From IMG/VR virus record IMGVR_UViG_3300037634_004692: DNA of 64,000 bases; one strand, 5' to 3'. The position numbers and the translations under genes were made by a program. This DNA is from an uncultured virus (IMG/VR IMGVR_UViG_3300037634_004692). Its lineage: Duplodnaviria; Heunggongvirae; Uroviricota; Caudoviricetes. Positions within the stretch are counted from its first letter, which is position 1; every line of letters begins with the position of its first letter. Under the pieces are notes generated by a model, which saw nothing but the letters and a program-made list of their open reading frames with translations, ran no database searches and was not told the DNA's origin. Positions 48,277 through 57,264 of the stretch are shown piece by piece.

Positions 48277-48623
48277 TGAGAATTAATGATATCATATTAT
48301 CTTCTATTGTAGAAGATCAAAACCATATCAATGATGCTGTTTTAGACATTATGTCAATTATGGCGGGTGAAGGAATAGATAGTGTAAACTTCAATATGAT
48401 AATAGATAATCTCAAGCATCAAGGAATTGATATTGATGAACACGCCTTATTTGATATTTTAGACAACCTCGCAATAGTTAGAAATATCAAAGATGGCGTG
48501 GTATTTTTTAATACCGATAGCGACTCAAGTCAAAATCAATACAAAAAAGTGGATCCTAAAAAGGACGAAAAAAAGGTAGCAAAACTTGCTCGTAAGCAAG
48601 TTAAAAAAGAGTTGAGAAAATGA
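48276..48623 (+). CDS. Hypothetical protein
   Basis: TAATG coupling. Confidence 0.7.
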   Translation: MRINDIILSSIVEDQNHINDAVLDIMSIMAGEGIDSVNFNMIIDNLKHQGIDIDEHALFDILDNLAIVRNIKDGVVFFNTDSDSSQNQYKKVDPKKDEKKVAKLARKQVKKELRK

Positions 48624-49234
48624 TTGTAGGATTAAACGCATCACAAGCCAGAGCAAAAAGTAATCAAGACTTATTAATTTATACTGAATCGTATAACGTA
48701 ATGAATGAAATAATCACAGCTAGCGGAAGCGGCTTGTACGAAGTCACGGTTAGTGACAAATCAACAATGACAGATGCTACACCTACAGTAGTTAAGCAAG
48801 GCATTGCCCAAAATCCAATAGTTGCACCAGGTGATACAGTTATTATTATGGGTTCAACTATTACACTTGGTACATCTGGTACAAACTTAAATGCAGTAGT
48901 TGCAGATATTAATGATGCAGCGGTTGCAGGTGTAACTGCCAGCAAAGACAGCGGATACCTTATATTAACTATCGTGTTACCACAAAATAATTGGGTATAT
49001 GAAATTGGTGCAGGTACAGCAAATGCTGCTCTTGGTTTAGTTCCAATATCTGCAAATGCACCAGCACCAGATTCTAACTTGTACTATCAAGTTTGGCAAG
49101 GCACATTAACGGATCGTGCCAAACAAACCCAAATGGATGAAGTTATTCGTTATTTTGAAAATCTTGGATTTAAAATTCAACGACGTCAAAATACAACCAG
49201 TCTTAAAACCTTTGATTGGTATATATATTGGTAA
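48620..49234 (+). CDS. Hypothetical structural protein
   Basis: ATGA coupling; VVADINDAAVAGVTAS...LILT insert typical of virion proteins. Confidence 0.65.
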   Translation: MIVGLNASQARAKSNQDLLIYTESYNVMNEIITASGSGLYEVTVSDKSTMTDATPTVVKQGIAQNPIVAPGDTVIIMGSTITLGTSGTNLNAVVADINDAAVAGVTASKDSGYLILTIVLPQNNWVYEIGAGTANAALGLVPISANAPAPDSNLYYQVWQGTLTDRAKQTQMDEVIRYFENLGFKIQRRQNTTSLKTFDWYIYW

Positions 49235-49240
49235 AAATGA

Positions 49241-49269
49241 TTGACTTTGTCATCATTATACTGTAAAAT
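49241..49269 (+). promoter_or_regulatory. Sigma70-type promoter, 6 nt before the exonuclease ATG
   Basis: TTGACT-17-TAAAAT. Confidence 0.75.
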
Positions 49270-49275
49270 GACAGT

Positions 49276-49953
49276 ATGACTAACATTACATCCCCCTATG
49301 AATATCAAACATTATCACGTAAAAGTGTAAACGGTAGCCGTTTATATAATAATCCGTGGGGCGATCCTGTCCCCAGTGTTACAACTATACTTGATAAAAC
49401 AAAACCCCAAGCAAGCCGCGACGCATTAAATGCCTGGCGAAAGCGTGTTGGCACAAAAGAAGCTACCCGCATTACTACAGAGGCAGCGGATACCGGAACG
49501 TATATGCACAGTATACTTGAATATTGGGTATTAAACAAAGTATATGAAGGCAAAGCTAGTCCACAAAGTAGACTTATGGCTAATACTGTAATTAAAAATA
49601 TCGAGCCTGATCTTGACGAAGTATGGGGAAGTGAAATTAATCTGTGTGCGCCAAATTTATATGCAGGTACCGCTGATTTAATTGGTGTATGGAAAGGTAA
49701 TCCATGCATTATGGACTTTAAACAAACAAACAAACCTAAGAAGCGTGAATGGATCAATGATTATTTCATGCAAGGCGCAGCATATGCACTAGCGCACAAT
49801 GAATTATATGATACTGATATTAAAAATATTGCTATCTTTATGTGTAGCCGTGATTGCCAATGGCAACTATTTGAGGTAAATGAAAAAGAATTTCCTCAAT
49901 GGGCTGAGCAATGGGCACTTAGAGTTGCCCAATTTTATGAGCTCACGGCATAA
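49276..49953 (+). CDS. PD-(D/E)XK exonuclease
   Basis: PSVTTIL, GTYMH, YAGTADLI, IMDFK and Q..AYA motifs. Confidence 0.88.
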   Translation: MTNITSPYEYQTLSRKSVNGSRLYNNPWGDPVPSVTTILDKTKPQASRDALNAWRKRVGTKEATRITTEAADTGTYMHSILEYWVLNKVYEGKASPQSRLMANTVIKNIEPDLDEVWGSEINLCAPNLYAGTADLIGVWKGNPCIMDFKQTNKPKKREWINDYFMQGAAYALAHNELYDTDIKNIAIFMCSRDCQWQLFEVNEKEFPQWAEQWALRVAQFYELTA

Positions 49954-49985
49954 ATACACTTATAGAAAACGGACGGTAAACTATT

Positions 49986-50687
49986 ATGACAGAAGCAACA
50001 ATACTGATACGAAAGGGAGATTATTTAGATCTCCCAGAATTAAATGAAAGCGAGCTGGCACATGCATCAGATCAAAGACGCGTGTTCATTGGTGACAAAC
50101 CAGTAACACGAAGTGGAGACAATGCAGAAGTTACATTTAATTTTAATATAGATTTAGACAATGTCGGCGAAGCCCAATATACCATTACGGTTGATGGTAA
50201 TCCAAAGACCTTAAATGTTGATTTCACTGTAGACAATATGAGTGTTACATTTACATCAGCACCACCTACTGGTACTGATAATATTGTGTTTACACACAGT
50301 TCTGAACTGATGATAAAATCTCCACCCGAGGGGGTAATTGATAACCCGCGTGATATAGCATTGCTTGCACCAGCAACAACGCAAAACTTGCCAAATATTA
50401 CTATTGATAGTAGTAGATATAGTGATGTAAGTATCCGCTATACTATTGTAGCTGGAACAGGCAACGGTCGTCGAAAGGGTGTATTAAATATTGCGCTTAA
50501 TGAAAGTGATAATACTTTCCAAATCAACGATAATTATACAAGTAATGTGTTGGGTACTGGTTTAGATTACGTATTTAATGGGACAATGGCAACTGGTATA
50601 TTTATTTTAAATTATACAACAACTGATACTGATCCAGCACAACTGACATGGATTGAAGAAAACTTTTCTACAGCTGATTATACATAG
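49986..50687 (+). CDS. Hypothetical structural protein
   Basis: N-terminal IRKG...LPELNESELAHASDQRRVFIG anchor-type motif; late promoter. Confidence 0.6.
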   Translation: MTEATILIRKGDYLDLPELNESELAHASDQRRVFIGDKPVTRSGDNAEVTFNFNIDLDNVGEAQYTITVDGNPKTLNVDFTVDNMSVTFTSAPPTGTDNIVFTHSSELMIKSPPEGVIDNPRDIALLAPATTQNLPNITIDSSRYSDVSIRYTIVAGTGNGRRKGVLNIALNESDNTFQINDNYTSNVLGTGLDYVFNGTMATGIFILNYTTTDTDPAQLTWIEENFSTADYT

Positions 50688-50695
50688 GTGTAAAT

Positions 50696-51124
50696 ATGAA
50701 TGTGTGGCAAATGTCATCTGACCAACGATTGAAAGAATGGCGAGTATTTCGCAATGAAATACTTGAAATTGATGACGATATTAAAGTTCTTAAATTAGTT
50801 GCTGATTGGTGGAAGCTTGCGCCAATTTCAACTAGAGCTATCGATGTATATGATGATTCTACATGGCCTAATCCATGGGATCTGATTCATAAAGGTGAAT
50901 TAGATGAAAATGCAATTGCACTTGGTATGTGTTATACATTACAGTTAATCGACTGGCCATGTACATTGCAGCTTATTCAAGATAATGAACAAAATGAAAT
51001 TAAATTAATAATTTTAGTTGACGACGAGCATGTTTTAAACTATACTTATAATGAAGTTATTGACAATACAACCATATCACACTGTTCTATTGTTAATCAA
51101 TGGGAAAGCTCAGATTTGATTTGA
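50696..51124 (+). CDS. Hypothetical protein
   Basis: RLKEWRVFR...WPNPWDLI. Confidence 0.7.
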   Translation: MNVWQMSSDQRLKEWRVFRNEILEIDDDIKVLKLVADWWKLAPISTRAIDVYDDSTWPNPWDLIHKGELDENAIALGMCYTLQLIDWPCTLQLIQDNEQNEIKLIILVDDEHVLNYTYNEVIDNTTISHCSIVNQWESSDLI

Positions 51125-51153
51125 TAATTTTATTAACATAAACAGGAGATATA

Positions 51154-53436
51154 ATGATAAAAGAAATAACAGTTCAGAAGCGAGATGGTTCACGGGAACC
51201 ATTGGATTTAGAAAAAATGCATAAAGTTGTTTTTTTCGCTTGTGATGACATCACTGGTGTCAGCCCCAGTGAAATAGAAATAAAATCTCATATTCAATTC
51301 TATGATGGGATTAGAACAGATGAAATTCAAGAAACATTAATTAAAGCAGCGGCAGATCTTATTACTGAAGAAACGCCAAATTATCAATGGGTAGCTGGCC
51401 GCTTAATTAATTATCATCTACGTAAAAATATATATAATAGTATTAATCCGCCACACCTTGAGCAAATCGCCCGCACCAATGTTAATTTAGGGTACTATGA
51501 TGAAAACTTTTTTTCTGCCTATAATAGTGACGAAATTAATAAAATAAACAATTTTATTAAGCATGACCGTGATGATAATATCGCATATGTTGGTATGGAA
51601 CAATTTCGTGGTAAGTATTTAATTCAAAATCGAGTTAAAGGCTGGATATATGAAACACCGCAAATTGCATATGTCATGATTGCCGCAACCCTATTCCAGA
51701 ATTATCCAGTTGAAACACGTTTGCGGTATGTAAAAGAATTTTATGATGCAATTAGTAATTTTGACATTAGTTTACCAACGCCAATCATGTCAGGTGTTAG
51801 AAGCACACAACGACAATTTAGTAGCTGTGTATTGATTGAAACCGGTGACAGTTTGGATAGTATTAATGCAACATCAAGCGCCATAGTAAAATATGTAAGT
51901 CAAAAAGCTGGAATTGGTATTGGCGCTGGTAGCATCCGTGCTATTGGTTCACCAGTACGCAATGGCGACACTAGTCATACTGGTGTTATTCCTTTCTATA
52001 AGATGTTCCAAAGTTCAGTAAAGTCATGCTCCCAAGGCGGAGTACGCGGCGGGGCAGCAACATTGCATTATCCTATTTGGCATTATGAAGTAGAAGATTT
52101 GCTAGTATTGAAAAATAATAAAGGTACAGACGATAATCGTGTCCGTCATTTAGACTACAGTGTACAATTCAATAAGTTAATGTACGAGCGGTTGTTAAGT
52201 GGCGGTAATATTACATTGTTTTCGCCTAGTGATATACCTGGATTGTATGATGCATTTTTTGAAGATCAAGAAAAATTTAAAGAATTATATGAAACAGCTG
52301 AGCGTAATACACGGTTGCGCAAAAAGACAGTAACCGCCATTTCATTGTTTAGTAGCTTTATGGAAGAACGAAAAAACACTGGGCGAGTATATTTACAAAA
52401 TGTAGATCATGCAAATACACATAGTGCGTTTGTAGAGAATGTTGCTCCTATCCACCAAAGTAACTTGTGTCAAGAAATTGATTTACCTACAAAGCCACTC
52501 AATAGTATTTTTGATGACAGTGGAGAAATTAGTCTTTGTACATTAGCAGCTATTAATTGGGGCAATATTAAAACACCAGAAGATTTCGAACGTGTATGCA
52601 GGATTGCAGTTCGTGCATTAGATGAGCTTCTTGATTACCAAAGTTATCCAGTAATTGCAGCACAGTTAAGTACAGAAAAACGCCGCCCATTGGGTATTGG
52701 TATTATTAACTTTGCTTATTGGATGGCTAAAAATGATTCAACTTATCAAGCGCCCAATTTAGAGTTAATTGATCAATATGCAGAAGCTTGGAGTTATTAC
52801 TTAATTAAAGCAAGTGCTGACTTGGCAGAAGAAAAAGGCACAATTGCAGGCAATACAGAAACAAAATATGGTTATGGTATTACTCCTAATATGACTTATA
52901 AAAAGGATGTAGATGAGCTAGTACCACACAAAGAAAGACAAGATTGGGAAAGCCTCCGTACCCAACTTAAACAAACAGGAATTCGTAATAGTACACTAAT
53001 GGCACTTATGCCCGCAGAAACTTCAGCACAAATTAGTAATAGTACAAACGGAATTGAACCACCACGTTCATATGTTAGCATTAAACAATCAAAGCATGGC
53101 GTATTGAAACAAGTTGTGCCTGGCATTCATAATCTAAAGAAGAAATATGATTTATTGTGGGATCAAAAGTCACCAGAAGGATATTTAAAAATTGTAGCAG
53201 TATTACAAAAATACATTGATCAAGGAATTAGTGTTAATACTAGTTATAATCCACAATTTTTTGAAGATGAAAAGATACCAATGAGTACAATGTTACAACA
53301 TCTTGTAATGTTCTACAAATATGGTGGTAAGCAATTGTATTATTTTAATACCTACGACGGACAAGGTGAACTTGATGTAACTAAATTAAATGAAGAACCA
53401 ATGACCGATGAAGATTGTGAAAGTTGTGTTATCTAA
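51154..53436 (+). CDS. nrdA: Class Ia ribonucleotide reductase alpha subunit (with ATP cone)
   Basis: VQKRDG, QFSSC, SNLCQEI, MPAETS, YY and C-terminal CESC. Confidence 0.98.
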   Translation: MIKEITVQKRDGSREPLDLEKMHKVVFFACDDITGVSPSEIEIKSHIQFYDGIRTDEIQETLIKAAADLITEETPNYQWVAGRLINYHLRKNIYNSINPPHLEQIARTNVNLGYYDENFFSAYNSDEINKINNFIKHDRDDNIAYVGMEQFRGKYLIQNRVKGWIYETPQIAYVMIAATLFQNYPVETRLRYVKEFYDAISNFDISLPTPIMSGVRSTQRQFSSCVLIETGDSLDSINATSSAIVKYVSQKAGIGIGAGSIRAIGSPVRNGDTSHTGVIPFYKMFQSSVKSCSQGGVRGGAATLHYPIWHYEVEDLLVLKNNKGTDDNRVRHLDYSVQFNKLMYERLLSGGNITLFSPSDIPGLYDAFFEDQEKFKELYETAERNTRLRKKTVTAISLFSSFMEERKNTGRVYLQNVDHANTHSAFVENVAPIHQSNLCQEIDLPTKPLNSIFDDSGEISLCTLAAINWGNIKTPEDFERVCRIAVRALDELLDYQSYPVIAAQLSTEKRRPLGIGIINFAYWMAKNDSTYQAPNLELIDQYAEAWSYYLIKASADLAEEKGTIAGNTETKYGYGITPNMTYKKDVDELVPHKERQDWESLRTQLKQTGIRNSTLMALMPAETSAQISNSTNGIEPPRSYVSIKQSKHGVLKQVVPGIHNLKKKYDLLWDQKSPEGYLKIVAVLQKYIDQGISVNTSYNPQFFEDEKIPMSTMLQHLVMFYKYGGKQLYYFNTYDGQGELDVTKLNEEPMTDEDCESCVI

Positions 53437-53477
53437 TATATACAATTCTATAGAAACTAAAAAGGTGAAAGGAAAAA

Positions 53478-54608
53478 ATGACAGTTTTTAACGCAAAAAA
53501 TAAACAAGACCATACAAAAGCATTAGCTTTTTTAGACCCAAGCGGTGGTGTGACTATCCAGCGTTATGATTTATTAAAATATAAACAGTTTGATAAGCTA
53601 ACAGATAAACAATTGGGTTTCTTTTGGCGACCTGAAGAGGTTGATGTAACTAAAGATATTAGCGATTTTAAAAATCTTACAGCACACGAACAACATATAT
53701 TCACGTCAAACTTAAAACGACAAATATTGTTAGACAGTGTTCAAGGCCGAGCACCTAGTGAAGCCTTTGGACCACTTATTAGTATTCCAGAATTAGAAGC
53801 ATGGACTACAACATGGACGTTTAATGAAACAATCCATTCACGTAGCTATACTCATCTTATCCGTAATGTATATGCTAATCCAAGTATAGTGTTTGATGAA
53901 ATGATGGACATTGGTGAAATTTTAGATTGCGCAGATGATATTAGTAGAAACTATGACGAGCTTATTGATCTTGCGTTGAAGTATAAGTTACTTGGCAAAG
54001 GCACACATATAGTCAATGGTGAAAAAGTTGAAGTTGATTTATATGAAATTAAAAAGGCATTATATAAAGCACTTATGAGTGTTAACATTCTTGAGGGTGT
54101 TCGTTTCTATGTGTCATTTGCATGCTCATGGGCATTTGCTGAATTGAAAAAGATGGAAGGCAACGCGAAAATTATTAAACTAATTGCACGTGATGAGAAT
54201 TTGCATTTGGCATTTACACAATCACTTATAAAGATTTTACCAAAAGATGATCCAGATTATAAAAAAATTGTGAAAGAAACAGAAGAAGAATGTATTCAAA
54301 TGTTTGTAGGAGCTGTTGAACAAGAAAAAGCATGGGCTGATTACTTGTTTAAAGATGGATCAATGATTGGTTTGAATGCAAAATTGCTGCATGACTATAT
54401 TGAATGGATTTGTTGTAAGCGTATGCAAGCAGTTAGTTTAAAATGTCCATATGTTGTACCACAAGCAAATCCGCTACCCTGGACTCAGAAATGGATCAGT
54501 GGGGCAGAGGTACAAGTAGCACCACAAGAAACAGAAATTACTAGTTATATTGTTGGAGGTGTTAAACAAGATATCCAAGAGGATACATTTAAAGGATTTA
54601 GCCTATGA
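53478..54608 (+). CDS. nrdB: Class Ia ribonucleotide reductase beta subunit
   Basis: FFWRPEEV, ETIHSRSY, EGVRFYVSF and RDENLH motifs. Confidence 0.98.
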   Translation: MTVFNAKNKQDHTKALAFLDPSGGVTIQRYDLLKYKQFDKLTDKQLGFFWRPEEVDVTKDISDFKNLTAHEQHIFTSNLKRQILLDSVQGRAPSEAFGPLISIPELEAWTTTWTFNETIHSRSYTHLIRNVYANPSIVFDEMMDIGEILDCADDISRNYDELIDLALKYKLLGKGTHIVNGEKVEVDLYEIKKALYKALMSVNILEGVRFYVSFACSWAFAELKKMEGNAKIIKLIARDENLHLAFTQSLIKILPKDDPDYKKIVKETEEECIQMFVGAVEQEKAWADYLFKDGSMIGLNAKLLHDYIEWICCKRMQAVSLKCPYVVPQANPLPWTQKWISGAEVQVAPQETEITSYIVGGVKQDIQEDTFKGFSL

Positions 54609-54862
54609 CGAATATTGTTATATACAGCAAGCCTAATTGCCCTTATTGTGTAAAGGCAACAGCATTATTAGAAATGATGAACATTAACTATCAAGAAATG
54701 AAGTTAGACGTTGATTTTTCTAGAGAAGAATTGTTGGAAGTTGCTCCAACCGCCCGTACATTCCCGCAAATTTTAATTAATGGTAATGTAATTGGTGGTT
54801 ATGATCAACTTGCGACTTATATTGAAACCACAAATTTTAACGGAACAGGATTTACATTATGA
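54605..54862 (+). CDS. Glutaredoxin
   Basis: CPYC, TFPQI and IGGY motifs. Confidence 0.95.
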   Translation: MTNIVIYSKPNCPYCVKATALLEMMNINYQEMKLDVDFSREELLEVAPTARTFPQILINGNVIGGYDQLATYIETTNFNGTGFTL

Positions 54863-55152
54863 TTATTAGCACCCCTTACAAAGTAGGTGAAACAGTAAGT
54901 ATTAAATTAACATCAGGCGAAGAAATGGTAGCTCATTTAGAAAATGAAACTGCCACAGAAGTAATAGTACGCAAGCCATTGATGTTAATCGCAGGACAAA
55001 ATGGAGCAGCCTTTGCCCCATTTATGTTTACAGTTGACGCTGAGACAAAAATTCCAATTAAATTAGCAAATGTTATTTGTATTGTTAAAACTGATACAGA
55101 TGCAGCATCAGCATATTTGCAATCAACAACTAGCATCCAAACGGTTTCGTAG
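54859..55152 (+). CDS. Hypothetical protein (Sm-like fold possible)
   Basis: SIKLTSGEEMVA...KPL pattern. Confidence 0.65.
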   Translation: MIISTPYKVGETVSIKLTSGEEMVAHLENETATEVIVRKPLMLIAGQNGAAFAPFMFTVDAETKIPIKLANVICIVKTDTDAASAYLQSTTSIQTVS

Positions 55153-55161
55153 GAGAATGTG

Positions 55162-55476
55162 ATGGCGCGAGGAGTAGCACGACTTAACGATACAACATAC
55201 GGAACATGTTATCATTCTTCACATTTAACGCCTATAAGTACTGGTGGTAAGATTGTTGCAGCTAGTGGTTCAATTGTTGTAAACGGCCGTCCTTGTGCCA
55301 GATTACATGATGAAGTATTAACTGATTGCGGGCATACTGATTATATCAGTTCTGCCAGCGCAAATGTCATTGGCGATCCGCAGCCAGTAGCACGATTAAA
55401 TGACTCTGTTGGTTCAGCAGGAGTTTATATAGCAACTATAACCAGCGCAAGCGATGATGTATTTGCAAATGAATAA
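55162..55476 (+). CDS. PAAR-type tail spike tip protein
   Basis: VARLND, PCARLHD and PVARLND repeats with Cys/His. Confidence 0.88.
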   Translation: MARGVARLNDTTYGTCYHSSHLTPISTGGKIVAASGSIVVNGRPCARLHDEVLTDCGHTDYISSASANVIGDPQPVARLNDSVGSAGVYIATITSASDDVFANE

Positions 55477-55510
55477 AGTTAGATTGTTTTAAAAAAGTAA
55501 TACTTTTTAC

Positions 55511-55539
55511 TTGACATTTATGGTTTTACCGTGTAATAT
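55511..55539 (+). promoter_or_regulatory. Sigma70-type promoter
   Basis: TTGACA-17-TAATAT. Confidence 0.7.
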
Positions 55540-55583
55540 AGTACTATACTTTATACAACAATACAAAAGAAATTGGTGAAATA

Positions 55584-55871
55584 ATGAGAGCAACACTATA
55601 TGACGATGGTATTAAACGTATTAATGCCAAAATAGAAATTCCAATGGCATTTAATGATTTGGGTGATTATATTTTATGCGCCATTGCATCAGAGCAAATA
55701 TCAGAAGATCAAGTACAAACGCTTAATAAGCGACAATTGCTTCGAGTTGCTAAAGATGAGATTTATGCACATGGTGTTGAATATCCACGAGCAAAAGCTA
55801 ATGAAGTTTCTGATGTCACAAATGTAATTATTAGGAACTATGTTAAGAGAATGTTTCCAGAACTTGAATAA
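55584..55871 (+). CDS. Hypothetical protein
   Basis: 95-aa ORF downstream of the promoter. Confidence 0.7.
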   Translation: MRATLYDDGIKRINAKIEIPMAFNDLGDYILCAIASEQISEDQVQTLNKRQLLRVAKDEIYAHGVEYPRAKANEVSDVTNVIIRNYVKRMFPELE

Positions 55872-55885
55872 ATGGAGTGACTACA

Positions 55886-56482
55886 ATGAATATTACTAAA
55901 ATTTTACTAGCTATTATGTTATTTTTGCCGTCTACAGTTATGGCAGCGACATATCAGCAAGTATGTGAAACCGAACAAGTACCAGTATATGAAACTGTAA
56001 CCGTTGTTAAGAAAGGTAATGCAGGTGCTAATGCATTATTAGGCATGATCATTGGCGGTATTATTGGTAAAAATATAGGCGGTGATGATAATGCTGCTGG
56101 TGCAGGTGCAGTTATTGGCGGCGTTATTGGCGCTGATAAAGCAAAGAAAGAAAGATTAGTCACTGAGCGTCGAATTATTGGTTACCGTGAAGAAGTTAAA
56201 TGTCGTAAGGTCCAAATAGTAAATAATGCAGTAGGTGCATGGGGTGAAGTTGTTGCTGTAGAGCAACTTCCGTCATCAGCTGTTCGCTCTTGCAAATGGG
56301 TTACTGAATATGTACGTGATATGGGATATGTTAAAGTTGAACGGTGTCATAATACTTATACTGAAACAAGACTTAGATTAATTGTTGAATTTGCTGGTCG
56401 ACTTTATGTTGACTATGTGTCAAATCTTAATGTGCAAGTTGGTGAAAATTGGAAGCTGACTAATCAATCACATCGTTATTAA
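55886..56482 (+). CDS. Exported glycine-zipper envelope protein
   Basis: Signal peptide, then GMIIGGIIGKNIG...GAGAVIGGVIG. Confidence 0.78.
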   Translation: MNITKILLAIMLFLPSTVMAATYQQVCETEQVPVYETVTVVKKGNAGANALLGMIIGGIIGKNIGGDDNAAGAGAVIGGVIGADKAKKERLVTERRIIGYREEVKCRKVQIVNNAVGAWGEVVAVEQLPSSAVRSCKWVTEYVRDMGYVKVERCHNTYTETRLRLIVEFAGRLYVDYVSNLNVQVGENWKLTNQSHRY

Positions 56483-56575
56483 AATCTATTTTTATTTGGG
56501 TATATTATACAATAAAAAGTTAGGCATAAATAACATAGAGTTTAACTCACACGCAATTAAATTAAAAAAAATTAA

Positions 56576-56651
56576 GCCGCTATAGCTCAGTTGGTAGAGC
56601 AACGCACTTGTAATGCGTAGGTCCGGAGTTCGAATCCTCGTGGCGGCACCA
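56576..56651 (+). tRNA. tRNA-Thr(UGU)
   Basis: Cloverleaf; anticodon arm ACGCA-CT-TGT-AA-TGCGT; encoded CCA. Confidence 0.96.
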
Positions 56652-56678
56652 TTTTTATATTAACACAGTGAATATGAT

Positions 56679-57038
56679 ATGAAACAGTTATTAAAGAATG
56701 TTTTAATTAGTTTAATGTTATTACTGATAGTATCTTTAATATCCTTTGCAGCTAGGGTATATGCCGAAGAATCTACATTCGTCGCAGACTCATCAGAATA
56801 TCCAAGATCAGTAAGTTGGGTAGTAGTAGATGATGTTAACAAAGAATGTTTGGCGCAAGGTGCTAGGCCAGTACCAGAAGGCATGGTAATAATGGGTTGC
56901 GCGGTGTATAATAATTATGAATGTATTATATATACTAATAAAGAAACTACACATGAAATATTAGGGCATGAAATGCGTCATTGTTTTCAAGGTGCATGGC
57001 ATTCTAAATATGGTTACAGTATAGAGCGGACGTGGTGA
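56679..57038 (+). CDS. Small exported HExxH metallopeptidase-like protein
   Basis: Signal peptide; ILGHEMRHCF. Confidence 0.65.
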   Translation: MKQLLKNVLISLMLLLIVSLISFAARVYAEESTFVADSSEYPRSVSWVVVDDVNKECLAQGARPVPEGMVIMGCAVYNNYECIIYTNKETTHEILGHEMRHCFQGAWHSKYGYSIERTW

Positions 57039-57094
57039 AATTGGTAGACACGCTGGATTTAGGTTCCAGTGCCGCAAGATGTGAGAGTTCGAAT
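57026..57094 (+). pseudogene. 3'-truncated tRNA-Leu(UAG)
   Basis: 5' acceptor strand, D arm, CTGGA-TT-TAG-GT-TCCAG and GAGAG-TTCGAAT are present; the 3' T-stem strand, 3' acceptor strand and CCA are missing. Confidence 0.85.
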
Positions 57095-57107
57095 AAATAC
57101 AGACAAT

Positions 57108-57183
57108 GGGGAATTAGCTCAGCTGGGAGAGCGCCTGCCTTGCACGTAGGAGGTCAGCGGTTCGATCCCGCTATTCTCCACCA
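57108..57183 (+). tRNA. tRNA-Ala(UGC)
   Basis: Cloverleaf; anticodon TGC; G3:U70 pair; CCA. Confidence 0.96.
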
Positions 57184-57189
57184 ATTATA

Positions 57190-57217
57190 AAAACCCTTGA
57201 ATTAAGGGTTTTCTTTT
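57190..57217 (+). terminator. Intrinsic terminator after tRNA-Ala
   Basis: AAAACCCTT / AAGGGTTTT stem with a T-rich tail. Confidence 0.75.
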
Positions 57218-57220
57218 GCC

Positions 57221-57258
57221 TTGTAGTATTTGACAAAATACTACAAATATTGTATAAT
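57221..57258 (+). promoter_or_regulatory. Consensus sigma70 promoter overlapped by an 11-bp inverted repeat
   Basis: TTGACA(57230)-17-TATAAT(57253); palindrome TTGTAGTATTT-gaca-AAATACTACAA at 57221-57246. Confidence 0.85.
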
Positions 57259-57264
57259 TTAACC

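Noticed and set aside
26407..54608. Introns, inteins or homing endonucleases in terminase, helicase, UvsX or nrdAB
   Set aside because: All are of normal length and uninterrupted; no splicing or endonuclease motifs were seen.
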